Below are positions 1 to 13,801 of a DNA stretch of 64,000 nt, in pieces. The translations under genes and the position numbers were made by a program. The notes below the pieces were generated by a model. The model was not told where the DNA came from. It made no database searches and was given only the letters and a program-made list of their open reading frames with translations. The DNA comes from Octopus vulgaris (taxonomy: Eukaryota): NCBI GenBank assembly GCA_951406725.2, contig OX597834.1:35526001-35590000 (forward strand), read 5' to 3'. How positions within the stretch are numbered: the stretch's first letter is position 1; each line of letters opens with the position of its first letter.

Positions 1-341
1 CACTAATCAATTAAAGGAGTCGTTAGAAATGGCCATAATGTATTGACACCTGTACCCCTTCTGTTACACTCATTTTATTTTATTCACCCGTCTCGGAATC
101 TGCCCTTCGTAAATATTATAAACTGTATATGTAATATAATATACATGTCTGAATAACTCACTCAAAAGTGGATTTCTTCACTCAGTTGGGTCTAATTGTC
201 TATATACACTGCATGAATATCATTCGGCCGGTACTGATGTACCAAGTTTGATATTTAACCAACTGATTAAACAATAAAGAAGTGATATTGAACCAGTGCG
301 TGTATTTAATATCATTGGCGTAATGACCCTCCCAAGACACA

Positions 342-392
<51 letters not shown>

Positions 393-426
393 AACATAAA
401 AACACGCACATACATACATACATACA

Positions 427-460
<34 letters not shown>

Positions 461-672
461 CATACATACACACACACACACGTGTGTATGCATGTATGTG
501 TGTGTGTATAATATCAAATAAAACAAAGACAATTTAGAGTCGACAGGACCTTTTTATCGTTGCACCAGAATTAAAGTTTTCTTTACTAAAAACCGAAAAT
601 TTTATAATATTTGGCTTCCTTTTCTGAATATAATTCTTAATAAACTTCTATTTTTCTATTTCCTGACAACAG

Positions 673-735
673 TATGTCCTCCTGCAATTTCCAGCCATCT
701 CTGCTTTTGAATGGCATCCATATTCCTTAACATCG
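673..735 (+). CDS. NOX4: NADPH oxidase (NOX4-like) coding exon, FAD-binding HPxxLT motif; gene 5' part lies upstream of the window
   Basis: acag|TAT...TCG|gtaag; 63 nt, phase 0/0; translates YVLLQFPAISAFEWHPYSLTS (cf. NOX EWHPFTLTS). Confidence 0.92.
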
Positions 736-1415
736 GTAAGTTCTTCAGCTTCTCTCTACACTGGCGATGCTAGAGACAGGTGAGGTGGGGCGGGGAGATG
801 TGTTAAATACTTCATATTTTAGACGGAACGGAAGAGGAGTTTTGTTACAGTTGAGTTTTTTGCGGGAGGTAGACGTTGTTGGAAAGATATTTGAAAAACT
901 GTACGAAGCTGTGTGGTAAGAAGCTTGCTTCCCAACCACACGGTTCCGGGTTCAGTCCCACTGTGTGGCACCTCGAGCCAGTGTCTTCTACTATATTTTT
1001 AGTTCGGGCCCATGCAATTTAAAGTTTGGTAGGCTCGTCACAGGAACCTAGCTCGTCAGGCGCAGGAGACAGAATCGTAAGATGCATAAGAACCATACTG
1101 CTCTTTTAACGAATGATATATATATAACTCTTAGTTGAGTGCTTTTTGCGTTTGTTTGTCTCCTCACTCGTGTATATATACTTATTGACACCCAAACACT
1201 CTGAAATGTTAGTATTGGGGCTTCTGGCGCGAATGCCAAGCGGTGCAGTATGTCGTTTCTAAATTTCTGGCAGAGTTAATTGCGTCATGGAACTGTTTTT
1301 CTCACAGACGGTGCCCAACTGATCCTACTATACTATGTAGTTGACAAGATCAAAAACAAACAATGCGCATGCTCGAAATAAGATATATAAAATGGCGACA
1401 ATTTACCTATCTCAC

Positions 1416-1522
<107 letters not shown>

Positions 1523-1625
1523 GCTGAACTGTTAATTTCAAGCCTTGTGCCTTTCGTTGAAAAGATTATTATTATTATTATATTTAAGTGTCTATCACTG
1601 TTTTTTCTTTTTCTTAATATTTCAG

Positions 1626-1683
1626 TGTCCGAAGAAAGGGTCAGCCTTCACAGTCCACATTCGATCCCGCGGCGACTGGTCAG
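1626..1683 (+). CDS. NOX4: NOX4-like coding exon (FAD-binding domain, GDW motif)
   Basis: ttcag|TGT...TCAG|gtgat; 58 nt, phase 0/1; CPKKGSAFTVHIRSRGDWS (NOX4 has CP...FGVHLKIVGDWT). Confidence 0.9.
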
Positions 1684-2104
1684 GTGATTTGGTAACTATT
1701 ACGCACAAAACATACGTTCGTAGTCACAAGTTGCTACACTAAAAGCACAACCATCAGTCAACCAAAATTAGGGTACACACTAAGAGTAGGGGCAGCTGGT
1801 TGATTGTTGTTGTAAACTCGAAATTGAGCAGATGCATGATCAAAGGCGTTCTAAATATGACCATCGTATAATTTTTGTATCTCGGGGACTAAATTTTGCA
1901 ATGCATTTTTCTTTAAGACGATGGAATATATAACGGGATATAAGGGAAATTTGGCTGCTATTTCTAGCAAAATACGAGTCCTTGGCTCACTGAATTATAT
2001 TTTGTTACTGGTCGTGCGTTGTAGTCACCGGGTCGTAAATCTGTATCTCAACACCAATTCCGAATAGGAATCGAAGGCTGTTAGTAGGTACGGTTCTTTA
2101 TTTA

Positions 2105-2312
2105 ATAAGGTACACTCACTTACCAAAGCGAGGTACAACTTCTTATCTGTAAGAGCCACATCGGCCTAACAATAAGTAGGGTACCACAGTGAGTCAATGG
2201 GGTACAGTCCACCAAGCTGCAGGAATCACAGCGGGACATATTCACCTAGCTTTAAGTAGGTACCACAGAGAGCTAGTGAGGTACACTCCACCTAGCTGTA
2301 AGCAGGTACCTC
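2105..2312. repeat. Degenerate tandem repeat built on aggtac / cacctagctgtaag units
   Basis: Recurring ggtacac and cacctagct motifs. Confidence 0.6.
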
Positions 2313-2645
2313 GGGCATGAGAGCTCAACGCCGGTTGATCAGGTAGTGTTGTGATTGTCGGAAATTGGTTTGCAAGAAGTGACTGAATTGGATGCCTTCT
2401 GCGGAAAATAAATAAATATATGATGAAATTTCAGAAAGTTTTGCATATTTTCATTGTTCTGCTTACAAACTGAATGAATGTTTGTTAGGATCTCCTTTGG
2501 CAAAAAAAAAAAAAAAAAATGGAAAAATCTAGATTATAACTGATATTTAGCAGAAGCAACAGTAACTCAAGATCCGAAAGTTTCGTGTGTTGGCACTTAT
2601 CAGTACACGAAACTCTCGGCCCTTGAGTCACTCTGTTCTGTTAAA

Positions 2646-2719
<74 letters not shown>

Positions 2720-2836
2720 ATATATATATATATGAGAGAGAGAGCGAGAGAGAGCTCTATTTTTCCTGAAATATGATCACACACACATAAACGGAGAAAG
2801 ATAGAGATAGGCAGATAGATTGATACAGAGAGAGAG

Positions 2837-2905
<69 letters not shown>

Positions 2906-3386
2906 TATATATATATATATGTATATATATAGAGAGACAGATAGATACAGAGAGAGAAATATATAGAGAAATAGTGAGAGAGAGGGAGAAATAGAATGAG
3001 AGAGAAATAAAGCGGGGAAGATACAGACATAATTTATTAATTGAAAATAATTGTCATAAGCACTTTCCCTCTTCTCATGTACATAAATACGCAGAGAGAG
3101 AAGGGGAGAGACGAGAGAGAGGAGGAGAGACGAGAGAGGGAGAGAGAGAGGGAGAAAAGGAACATTAAAACGGTTAATGTCAAACAAGTCAGCGTCGAAT
3201 CAACGACGCCAAATACATGACGCCACAACGGCTTTGCCGAAACGTCTCATACTCGGTGGTGGTGGTGGTGATGATGGTTCTCTTTAACTTTGATTATCAC
3301 GAATTGGGATATTTGCATTCCCGTTTGAAAATTTCATTTGCCTAAAACCCTAAACACTCCAGAGAATATAAACCTTGTGATTTTAG

Positions 3387-3462
3387 GTCGTCTGCGAAAG
3401 CTGATTGAGGATTGCCAAGAAGAAAGTCATTACATTAATGAAGAAGCAGACAACATTGCCAG
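3387..3462 (+). CDS. NOX4: NOX4-like coding exon (linker in dehydrogenase domain)
   Basis: tttag|GT...AG|gtatgt; 76 nt, phase 1/2, joins both neighbours in frame; GRLRKLIEDCQEESHYINEEADNIAR. Confidence 0.85.
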
Positions 3463-4000
3463 GTATGTCCTTTATATTTCCACCTTACCAATAAAATGTG
3501 GGTGCACGGGGAGGATGGGATGTGCTAGCAGGAGAAAGACAACTGCTTAGAACTGTTTTATTGTGACAGTACATAATGAATGACGCTCTCCTAAATACAC
3601 TCACATTTTTAAACGACGGTATGGTATGATTTAAAGGAAAATCGGTTGCTCTTTCTTTTCTATTCTAGGCACAAGGCCCGAAATTTTGGGGGAGCGGGCC
3701 AGTCGACTAGATCGACCCCAGTACCCAACTGGTACAATCCGTCTTCTTTTTTCTTGAGCTATAGTATATAGTTTAGTATATCTAGGACTACATTATCTAA
3801 TGTGTCCCCTTCTCAAGAGACAGCAGGATGCAATTTAAGGAAGTTTTGGACATTGTGTCACGCAAGTCTTATACTCATAGCGACAAGGCCTTTCGCTGAT
3901 AATTTATTTCATTAATACCTATTGCCTACCCTGGATATTTCTACACAGCGCGTGTCTGATGTTATATGTAATCTTTTATTCATTCATTTCTGTTTTGCAG

Positions 4001-4135
4001 AACGCAAAAAGTCAAGGTGAACCTCGATGGTCCTTTTAGCAGTCCGATGGAAGACATGAGCACTTATCGTCTGCTTTTATGTATTGCAGGAGGCATTGGA
4101 ATTACCCCGTTCGCTTCGTTTCTGGACGCTTTCAG
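4001..4135 (+). CDS. NOX4: NOX4-like coding exon (DGPF and GGIGITPF NADPH-binding motifs)
   Basis: ttgcag|A...AG|gtata; 135 nt, phase 2/2; TQKVKVNLDGPFSSPMEDMSTYRLLLCIAGGIGITPFASFLDAF. Confidence 0.95.
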
Positions 4136-4779
4136 GTATATATAGCTTCTCATCCTGGTATACATTCCATTGTTTAGTTGTAATGGAAGGCCATGAGAAT
4201 AGCGCAAATCAGGTTTTCCATTTAAAGTATTTGTTGACTTGGTTTTGAAATGTGAGTTCGTTGGCTATTTTACAGAACTTAATGTCTTTTTTTTTTTAGT
4301 TGTCCGACCCGTTTGGAATGAGAATTGGTCGGTGGTTGTTTTTTTTTCTGTGACCGATATAGCAGTATCTTTTTTAGGGCCAGTACAATTAACTATCACC
4401 GGAGAATTTGTGAGGAGTAAACTATCTGATGCGTCGGTTCTTTTTTTGAGAATATAAGAGGCAAAAATGTGAGGAGAGTGAGTTTGAAAGAGGGAAAGAG
4501 AAAGAATGAGAGAAGGTGAGAAAGAGGGTGAGAGATAGTGAGGGAGAGGATTAGAGAGGGAGGGAGAGAGGAGAGAAAGAATGCGATGTTTGGTCTCAAA
4601 TATGTTAGCTTCTGACGAGTCTGAAATGCATCTGGCTTTCTCGTTTGTTGCTACTGCGACGATTTTTCGGCTGCCTCCGATATATATATGGTATTTTTAA
4701 ACTCAGCACATCCATAACATATCCCCTCTCTGGACCCAATATCACTGTAAATCGTCTTTGAACAACGTATTTATATTAT

Positions 4780-5295
4780 GTAAATATCAGCTCAATAAAG
4801 ACGAAGTTATTTTACCATATTTTTCGTTATTTTCAAAAATTAATCGAGACAAAGGCAGTGTATTCGATATAGTAACAAAAGTGCTAAAATTATCTAATTT
4901 AAAATTCCATCAAAATTTCGTGTCAATTTACATCCTAGAGACCAGCTTTAATAACGACAAACTTGTTTTACTAAATTCTCCATTATTCTCATAAGTAATA
5001 GAAACAATGGAAGCGCATTCCAATACAGACATGGTAACAAAAAGGTTGGATTTATTCTTCATTATTTTCGAATTGAATCAGAGGCTGTGTATGCAAATAG
5101 AAATATGGTAACGAGAAGGTTAAAGTGATCTCAATTAAAATTCCATCAAAATTCCATCAAAATTTTATGTTAATTTGTATTCCTGACAGCAGCTCAATAA
5201 CGACGAAGTTATTATACTAAACTCTTCATTATCTTCAAAATTAATTAAAACAAAAGCCGTCCACTTTAACATAGATATGGTAACGAGAGGATTAA
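4780..5295. repeat. Degenerate direct repeats (aaaattccatcaaaattt...gacgaagttatt...atggtaac)
   Basis: Same blocks recur about three times upstream of exon 5323. Confidence 0.6.
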
Positions 5296-5322
5296 CTCCA
5301 TTTATCTAAATCTTTTTGTTAG

Positions 5323-5434
5323 GACAAATAAAAAACAACAATGGAAATTCCGACGAATCTATTTGATATGGATTAATAAGAATATACAGAATATCCGGTG
5401 GTTTGGAGAATTGATCCATTCTTTACATGAAGAG
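5323..5434 (+). CDS. NOX4: NOX4-like coding exon (NADPH-binding domain)
   Basis: ttag|G...GAG|gtgagt; 112 nt, phase 2/0; TNKKQQWKFRRIYLIWINKNIQNIRWFGELIHSLHEE (cf. NOX4 RRLYFIWV...FRWFADLL). Confidence 0.93.
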
Positions 5435-5622
5435 GTGAGTATATATGTTCCGAGTTCAAATTCATTCAAATCCCACATCAATTTAAACCTTTGCCCCAGT
5501 TTTATGGTCAGCTATTTCTAGCTTCGAAACTTCGTCGTCTGTCCTCTCATGAACGGTCTTGAGCCGCTTAATTCCATAAATTCGGGAACAAGATTTGCTT
5601 ATAGGGTGCAAACCCATGCGCT

Positions 5623-5823
5623 TTCTTTTACTTGTTTCAGTCATTTGACTGCGGCCATGCTGGAGCACCACCTTTAGTGGAGCAAATCGACCACAGGACT
5701 TATTCTTTGTAAGCCTTGTACTTATTCTATCGGTCTCTCTTGCCGAACCGCTAAGTTACGGGGACGTAAACACACCAGCATCGGTTGTCAAGCGATGTTG
5801 GGGGGACAAACACAGACACACAA

Positions 5824-5912
<89 letters not shown>

Positions 5913-6077
5913 TACGACGGGCTTCTTTCAGTTTCCGTCTATCAGATCCACTCACAAGGCTTTGGTCGGCCCGAGGCTATAGTAGAAGACACTTGCCCAT
6001 GGTGCCACGCAGTGGGACTGAACCCGGAACCATGTGGTTGGTAAGCAAGCTTCTAACCACACAGCCACTCCTGCGCC
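5623..6077 (-). mobile_element. tRNA-derived SINE family A, full-length, with internal (TA)n(TG)n tract
   Basis: Reverse complement of the 36596 copy; tRNA-like head ggcgcaggagtggctgtgtggt...ggttccgggttcagtccc. Confidence 0.85.
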
Positions 6078-6139
6078 TATGTCCAACATTTTTTTTTTAC
6101 AAACAAGGTGGATTTAAAAAATCTTAACATGAAAACAAA

Positions 6140-7027
6140 CAGAGCTTCAAATTTTGGCACAAGGCCAGCAATTTCGGAGAAGGGTGCAAGTCGATTACAT
6201 CGACCCCTGGGCTTGACTGGTACTTATTTCATCGATCCCGAAAGGATGAAAGGCAAAGCTAACCTCGGCGAAATTTGAACTCAGAACAGTAGCGACGGAT
6301 GAAATATCGCTAAGCATTTCGCCCGGCGTTTCTGCAAGTTCACCGCCTTAGACACAAGAATGATAATCCTTTCTACTAAAGGCATAAGGCCTGAACTTTT
6401 GGGGAAGGAGAACAGTTGATCACAACGACCCCAGTGAAACACTGGTACTTAAATTTATCGATACCGAAAGTATGAAAGGCAAAGTAGATGTCGGCGGAAT
6501 ATGAACTCAGAATGTAGTGACGGACGAAATATCGCTAAGCATTTCGTCCGGCGTGCTAACGATTCCGGCCGCTCGCCACCTTAATAATAATCCTTTATTG
6601 GCCACAAGGGCCGAACACAAAAACAGATAGGGACAATACAAAACAAGGGACAATTGGGGTTTAAAACAGAAAAGTGTAAACAATAAAAAAACAAAAAAAG
6701 TTTAAAAAGCTAAAATTCCCCAAATAATAATAATAATGGCTTCAAATTTTGGTCCAAAGTCAGCAACTTCCGGGGAGGGGGTAGGTCGATGATATCGACC
6801 CCAGTACTCAACTGGTACTTACTGCTGGCTTTCTGTTAAAATTTGAAACCAATATCAATGTTGATGGCGAGGTGGCAGGATTGTTAGATGCGCCGGACAA
6901 AGCGCTTGGCGGCATTTCGTCCATCTTTACGTTCTGAGTTCAAATACTACCGGGGTCGGCTTTGCCTTTTATCTTTTCGGGGTCGATAAAAAGGAAGTAC
7001 CCTACAAAAATTTTATTATTATCATCA

Positions 7028-7077
<50 letters not shown>

Positions 7078-7220
7078 TAGGCGGTGAGCTGGCAGAATCT
7101 TTAGCACGCCGGACAGTGCTCTTAGCGGCATTTCTTCCGGCTTTATGTTCTGAATTCAAATTCAGCCGAGATCGACTTTGCCTTTCACCCTTTTGGAGTT
7201 GATTAAATAAAGTATCAGCG
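6140..7220. mobile_element. Cluster of SINE family B copies in both orientations
   Basis: Repeated ggcggygagctggcagaa heads, gttctgagttcaaat B boxes and gtcgactttgcctttcatcc bodies. Confidence 0.75.
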
Positions 7221-7633
7221 TTTTCTACTATATCCTCGGGTTGACTAGTGCCTTGTGAGTGGATTTGGCAGACGGAAACTGTAAGAAGCCCGTCGTTATA
7301 TATATATGTGTGTGTATGTGTAATAGTATCCCACCACCGTTTAACAAGCGGTGTTTTGTTTACGTCATCGTAACCTAGCGGTTCGACAAAAGATAGAATG
7401 AGTAAGGCTTTAAAAGAATATAAAAGCACTGGTTCCGATTCGTTCGACTAAAATCTCAAGGTAGTGCCCCAACATGGTCGCAGTCTAATGACTGAAACCA
7501 GCGAAAGAATAAATCTATGAGGATATAAAAGGTGGCATTGCAAGTGAGAGGCGTAAATTGTTGCAAGTAATCAGAAGAATTACGAGGAAAGCATTGGAAT
7601 TAATTCTAAATCCTGTTCTTATATTCTTTGCAG

Positions 7634-7708
7634 CTTTGGGAATCTAATCTTCCTGATGTCTTTGACGTACGATTCCATTTCACTGAAATAAGCAAGAATT
7701 TATGCGAC
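7634..7708 (+). CDS. NOX4: NOX4-like coding exon
   Basis: tgcag|CTT...GAC|gtaagt; 75 nt, phase 0/0; LWESNLPDVFDVRFHFTEISKNLCD (cf. NOX4 FWQENRPD). Confidence 0.88.
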
Positions 7709-7734
7709 GTAAGTATGTCACCATACATATATGT

Positions 7735-7975
7735 AAACACACACACATTTCCACACACACACACATACACACACACATACACACACAAACACATACACAC
7801 ACACACGCACACACATACACACACATACACACACATATACACACACACATACACACACATATACACACACATATACACACACACATACACACACACACAT
7901 ACACACACACACATACATACACACACACATACACACACATACACACACACATATACACACACACATATACACACA

Positions 7976-8024
<49 letters not shown>

Positions 8025-8171
8025 ACACACATACACACATACACACACAAACACACACACACACACACACACAAACAAACAAACACACACACACACACAC
8101 ATACACACACACATACACACAAACACATACACACACACAAACAAACACAGACACACACACAAACACACACA

Positions 8172-8236
<65 letters not shown>
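7735..8236. repeat. About 500-bp (CA)n-rich microsatellite just after NOX exon 7634-7708; representative of many TA/CA/GA/TATG/TATC tracts
   Basis: Direct reading. Confidence 0.97.
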
Positions 8237-8238
<2 letters not shown>

Positions 8239-8460
8239 TATTCTGCGAATTCCAGCAACCAATCTTGTTGTTCTTCCTTATTTCCGATTCTTGCTGCTCT
8301 TTCGTCCATTGATCCGTCCATAATTGATTCCAATATCGCACGAGGCTCTCTCTTTGGGAGAAAATTGCTTTGATCTTTGCTTAAACTTTCGCTATCCCTA
8401 GAATTAGGGATGCTGTGGGTGGTCCTTTGCGATCATTCCTATAGCGTAGCTCCATTGATT

Positions 8461-8494
<34 letters not shown>

Positions 8495-8716
8495 GAGAGC
8501 GGAAAAGAGAGAAAAGAGAGAGAGAGGAGAAAGGAGAGGAGAAAGAGAGAGAGAAAAAAGGAGAGAGAGAGAGAGAGAAAGGAGAGGAGAAAGAGAGTGG
8601 AAAAAAGGAGAGAGAGAGGGAGGGAGAGAGATAGAGATAGAGAGAGAGAGCAGAGAGAGAGATAGGAGAGCGGAAAAGAGAGAGAAAGAGAGGAGAGAGA
8701 GAGAGAGAGAGGGAGG

Positions 8717-8759
<43 letters not shown>

Positions 8760-8893
8760 TTCTGAATCACTATTTATTGAGAGAGGCAATCAACAGTTTC
8801 TGTTGATCTTGCTGCTAATTTTACACCCTGAGAAAGTTTTGTTACGCTTCACTTGTTCCATAGCTTCAGTGTTTTTTATTCATCTCATTTTAG

Positions 8894-8994
8894 GATTTAC
8901 CAGTTTCGTACCGAGAGTATGTAAGAAAGCGGCTCACATATGGAAGACCAGATTGGAAAGAACTGTTTAATGAAATTGTAGCGTCACATTCCAC
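8894..8994 (+). CDS. NOX4: NOX4-like coding exon (GRPxW motif)
   Basis: tttag|GAT...AC|gtaagt; 101 nt, phase 0/2; DLPVSYREYVRKRLTYGRPDWKELFNEIVASHS. Confidence 0.93.
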
Positions 8995-9230
8995 GTAAGT
9001 GGTTTTGGTGTTCCATCCATTAAAGACTAAGGTCAACGGTAGAAATAGTTGGATGATTCTAAATCGGTCAGAGGGGAGCAGTAAACTTGATTCTGTTGAG
9101 GGACTCCATGGCTGGTGGGAAACAAGGACATCTTCAGTCCAGAGACATGGAATGATTAATTACAACCGAGTGAACTCTGCTAAAGGTATCAGGCGGTAGT
9201 ATTAAACTAGGTAACGCTCTTAAGTCTACC

Positions 9231-9378
9231 CTAGAAAAGCAACAGCAATGGGCCCTTTCATTTGGGTCTAGAAAAGCAACAGCAATAGGCCCTTTCGTTT
9301 GGGTCTAGAAAAGCAACAGCAATAGGCCCTTTCATTTGGGTCTAGAAAATCAATAGCAATGGGCCCTTTCATTTGGGT
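9231..9378. repeat. 37-bp minisatellite x4
   Basis: ctagaaaagcaacagcaatrggccctttcatttgggt at 9231, 9268, 9305, 9342. Confidence 0.95.
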
Positions 9379-10920
9379 CCTACACCGTTTTAATCTGTTC
9401 AATCTCACTGACATGGCTTGGCGGGGTCCAAAGCTAAAGCATAACGCATTTGAACAAGGTGCCGCATGCTGGAATTGAACACAAACCCACGTAATTGTGA
9501 AGCGAATTTTTTAACCTCACAGACATGCCTGAACCCGCATTTTTATCAGGCTGTCAACCCTGTCGAGGTGGTGTTATATAGGAAGAAGAGACATTCATGC
9601 CTCTCCAATGAAATGTGTTGTTACCTCAAGCTCAACCCTGATAGAGCAAAACCCGTGACCAAAGTGGTTCGAAAGGTAACTTTTCCATTCTAATTTTTCA
9701 TAGTGGTATGTCTATGAAATAGTTTCACAATCACGTATAATCCCTGTTCGATCCCACTACTCTGCATGCTGGATAAGTGTCTTCTGTAATAGTCTCAGGG
9801 GTTGAGTATAGGGGGTTAATGTTTGAAAGGTGGAAACATATACGAAGAGCTTCGATACAATTTCTAAATGTTTGGACCCATGCAAGCATGGAAAAGTGGA
9901 CGTTAAAAAGATGGTGATGATGATAAAGTCTGGTCCCTATTTTTGAGTTTTCAGTTGCTTGATCAACTGAACAACCAGATTCACAGAATTGCCGTGTCGA
10001 TGGCCGAGTATTCCTGACACGTTAACTCCTTAATGTAATTCTCAGACCTGGCTCTTCGTCAGGTACGAGTGCTTTAGTTGATCCGATCAACGGAACACCT
10101 TGCTCGTGAAATTAACGTTCAAGCGGCTGAGCACTCTACAGATACGTGTACCCTTAATGTAGCTCTCAGGGAGATTCAACGTGACACCGGGTTTGACAAG
10201 ACTGACCCTTTGAATTAAAGGTCCAACTTTTTTTTTACCTGGTGACTGGATTGGAGCAACGTGGAAACAAAATATTTTGCTCAAGGACACAACCCGCTGC
10301 TGGGAATCGAACCCACGACTTTACGACCATGAGCCGAATCGCATCGTCTTGATACTCCGTCGGTTACGACGGTGAGTGTGCCAATTGATCTGATTGACGC
10401 GACAGTCTGCTCGTGAAATTAACGTGCAAGTGGCTGAGTACTCCACAGACATGTGCACCCTTAACGTAATTCAGAGGGAGATTCCTGGCCCTTTTTTTGA
10501 AATACGGGTACTACTCGTTTGCGCCAACTGAGTGGACTGGAGCAACGTGAAATAAACTGTGTCGTTGGGTATCGAACTCACGAACTTACTATCATGAACC
10601 GAATACCCTAACCACTAAGCTACGCACGTTCGAGAGTCTCCGACAGAATTAGCCTGGCTCCGTGACAAGGGTGGCCCCCATTGAATTACTGATACAATCT
10701 ATCTGACAGGCTTCTACATAGCTTCTGTCTCGTCAACATTTTGTGGTGTTGACCCAAGGCTATCGTAAAAGACACCAAAGATGACCCGCAATGGGCTCGA
10801 ACACTGCACCTTGTCATTGCAAAGTAAACTTAACCATTCGGTCATACTAACCGCACCCATCCGTGCGCGCGCGCGTATATCGCTGTAAATTGGTGCGTTT
10901 GAAATACATTGGTATTTGAA

Positions 10921-11071
10921 ATTCCGCCGAGGTCGACTTTACCTTTCATCCTTTCGGGGTCGATAAATTAAGTACCAGCTACGCACTGGAGTCGATGTAA
11001 TCGACTTAATCCGCTTGTCTGTCCTTGTTTGTCCTCTCTGTGTTTAGCCCCTTGTGGGTAGTAAAGAAATA
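10921..11071 (+). mobile_element. SINE family B, 5'-truncated, with 10-bp TSD
   Basis: TSD ggtatttgaa at 10911-10920 and 11072-11081. Confidence 0.85.
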
Positions 11072-11479
11072 GGTATTTGAAGTGAGATCGAGTTACGTCC
11101 CTTTACTGTTCCCCAAACGTAAATTCAGTCATTTCTCTCGAATCGACAGTGTTCAGCTTGATATTTTTCATTGTACTCTATCGAATGGTTAAACGCCTAA
11201 CACTCTGGAAAGTTAGTGTTCCACCATGGCCGCTATCCGATGGCTGAAACATGGGAAAATAACAGTGTACCTGATGGACTCTCCCGTTGAAGTCGACGTA
11301 TGAGTGGTCGGCTTCAGCCGAACGACCTACATTTTTAATTGTAGATAAAGCTACAAATGATATTAGACTAAAACTGCTTTTTTGAACGGACAGCCGTCGA
11401 CATTTTCTGTCTAAAACAGAAGTCTTAACCCGATATTTACGTGCTATTTAATAAATGTATATATTTTCGGTATTTGCAG

Positions 11480-11597
11480 GCATCGAGTGGGTGTTTTTGC
11501 ATGTGGACCTAAACAATTGACAAAAAACGTGAAAAAGCAATGCTGGCGGAAGTATTCCAACAAAACCACATTTGATTTCCACGAAGAAATATTTTGA
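11480..11597 (+). CDS. NOX4: NOX4-like terminal coding exon with stop codon
   Basis: ttgcag|G...TGA; 118 nt; HRVGVFACGPKQLTKNVKKQCWRKYSNKTTFDFHEEIF* (VGVFxCGP motif, terminal ExF). Confidence 0.94.
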
Positions 11598-12053
11598 TTT
11601 AAAAAAAAAAACTAACTCACCTTATCTGAAACAAAATCTTCTTGGACGACAAGATTTCAGTAAACCTAACGTATTTTGACCATCTTGTTTGTTCAAGTCG
11701 TCAATTCGTCATCCACTTTCATCACCAGAAACATTTCTTCTTGGATGGAACACCACCGAAGACGAACGTTTGAGATGAGAATCTCTTCACGGTTATATTT
11801 CCTGGTCTTTTTAAAGAAATTGTAGAGATTCTACCTTCACATAAAATATTGTATCCGAGAATTCAACCCCTTATTTAATTCTATATCATTTTACGTATTT
11901 TTTTCTTTGTGAAATCTTTGTTAAAATTGAAACCTTGTGTTGTTCTTGGACTGGAAAGCAAGAAAGAAAAATATAAAGAATATTTGTTGACCAAATATGG
12001 TTATGTACAACAACGTTCAATGTACATTTATTTGTATTATTTGTTTAAATCGA

Positions 12054-12059
12054 AATAAA
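12054..12059 (+). terminator. Probable polyadenylation signal of the NOX4-like gene
   Basis: AATAAA about 460 nt after the stop, with upstream TGTA motifs and a downstream GT-rich tract (tgttggctgtctgtttg). Confidence 0.55.
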
Positions 12060-12947
12060 CTGTTGGCTGTCTGTTTGCACACCGTGCTTTGTATTTTTTC
12101 CATAAATTCTACCGTAAATGTAAGTGGAATATTTTCCGGTATTTAAGCTGAATTTTTCAGACAACTTACAGCTATAAGAAAGGACGGTTGACTTACAAAC
12201 AAAGACGATTTTAGAGGAGCAAAAATTCCATGCGAAATGCAACAGGATTTGGATAGATAGCGGCGATGTTTGAATGTTTATACTACCTATTGCATCGACT
12301 CCTATGTCGGAAAAATACGGCATGACTGGTTAAGAAGTTCGCTCTCGTCCCTATATGATCCCTGAACGATCCTATAGCGAGATGCTTTGGAAGTGTCTTT
12401 TTACCAACTGAAATTTGATAGAAAAACTTGGTAGAAGCTTATTACAGGTTCCATTCTTGTGTGGCAAACAATGTTAATTCAACGCCATCATCATCGGGTC
12501 CTCTGGTACCTTCAGAAGGGTCCGCTCGGTTGCAAGTGTAACGGTTGAATTGAAGCCATAAGTTTTGTTTTATCGAACTTCATACCAATCACAACCATAA
12601 CATACCTGGTAAGACGAGCAAGGCTGAATGTTGTTAAGCCAAATCTTCCTGTGCACTACGTTGAGATACGCGCGTCTGTGGAGTGCTCAACCACTTTCAC
12701 GTTAATTTTACGAGCGGGCTGTTTCGTTGATCATCGGAGCAACTGGAACACTCGTCGAGGCAGACGAAGTGCCAGTTTATGTAGATATAACACTTTTAGC
12801 TTCGCGAAATCATCGATCAGTTCAGAATAATCAACCTGAGGGATAAGTTTGTGTTTAATACAATGTAATATTTATACAAGAACTTTTGCAGGTACAATGT
12901 ATTACCATTTTATTTCTTGAAATATTCAGTTAACATTGGTTAAGATG

Positions 12948-13134
12948 TAAAGTATAATAGCCATCTCAATATGGCTAACCACAAAGGGTGGGTGTTACTG
13001 TAGCTTTTAGTATACCATAAGAGCACAGATAGTGTGCCTAAAGCCAGCTGGAGACGATGATCTCCTGGGGGCTAAAAGCTACAGTAACACCCACCCTTTG
13101 CGGTTAGCCATATTGAGATGGCTTTTATACTTTA
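12948..13134. mobile_element. MITE-like element with 63-bp terminal inverted repeats
   Basis: 12948-13010 is a near-perfect reverse complement of 13072-13134. Confidence 0.75.
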
Positions 13135-13760
13135 GATTGTCGAGCGGTTACTGTTTACATCTCGTTCAGAGATTTAATAATTGGTTTAGATGTTGAACAA
13201 GAATTAAAGTAAATAGATGACTCATCTACGTACTTGGATCTTAACTTGCAGCCTCCATTCAACCGCGGAAGCCTCCTGCGACCGCAGGGGTTGCAAGGGC
13301 TTAGCGACGGCCCTGCCTATACGTTCAGAAAAACTGAAAAGAGACAAGAGCACTACTCTTTCTCCTTTAAGTCCAATTTAATTATTCAAATTCGTTAGAA
13401 AGATATCTGGGGAAGTAGTTGGAAGATTTACAAAGATTTAACTTCGACCATCACAAGAAATAAATAAACGGATGCTCACACTTTGTCATTTCCTTTAAAA
13501 CATTGTTCATTTGATTAATGTGTATTTTGTAGGAAATAACATTGGTTAATACAAAGACAAAACGCTTTAATCTTTTACTTAGTCAAGTCATTAGACTGTG
13601 GCCATGCTGGGGGCACATCTATGAAGGGTTTAAACGGAATGAATATAATGAACAGACATAAAAAAAAATAGTACCGGGCAGGGGTGATGATTTGTTCGAC
13701 TGTTTGCTGAATTGCTAACTTGTGGGGATATAAACCCACAAGCAGTGGGCAAACACTAAT

Positions 13761-13801
<41 letters not shown>

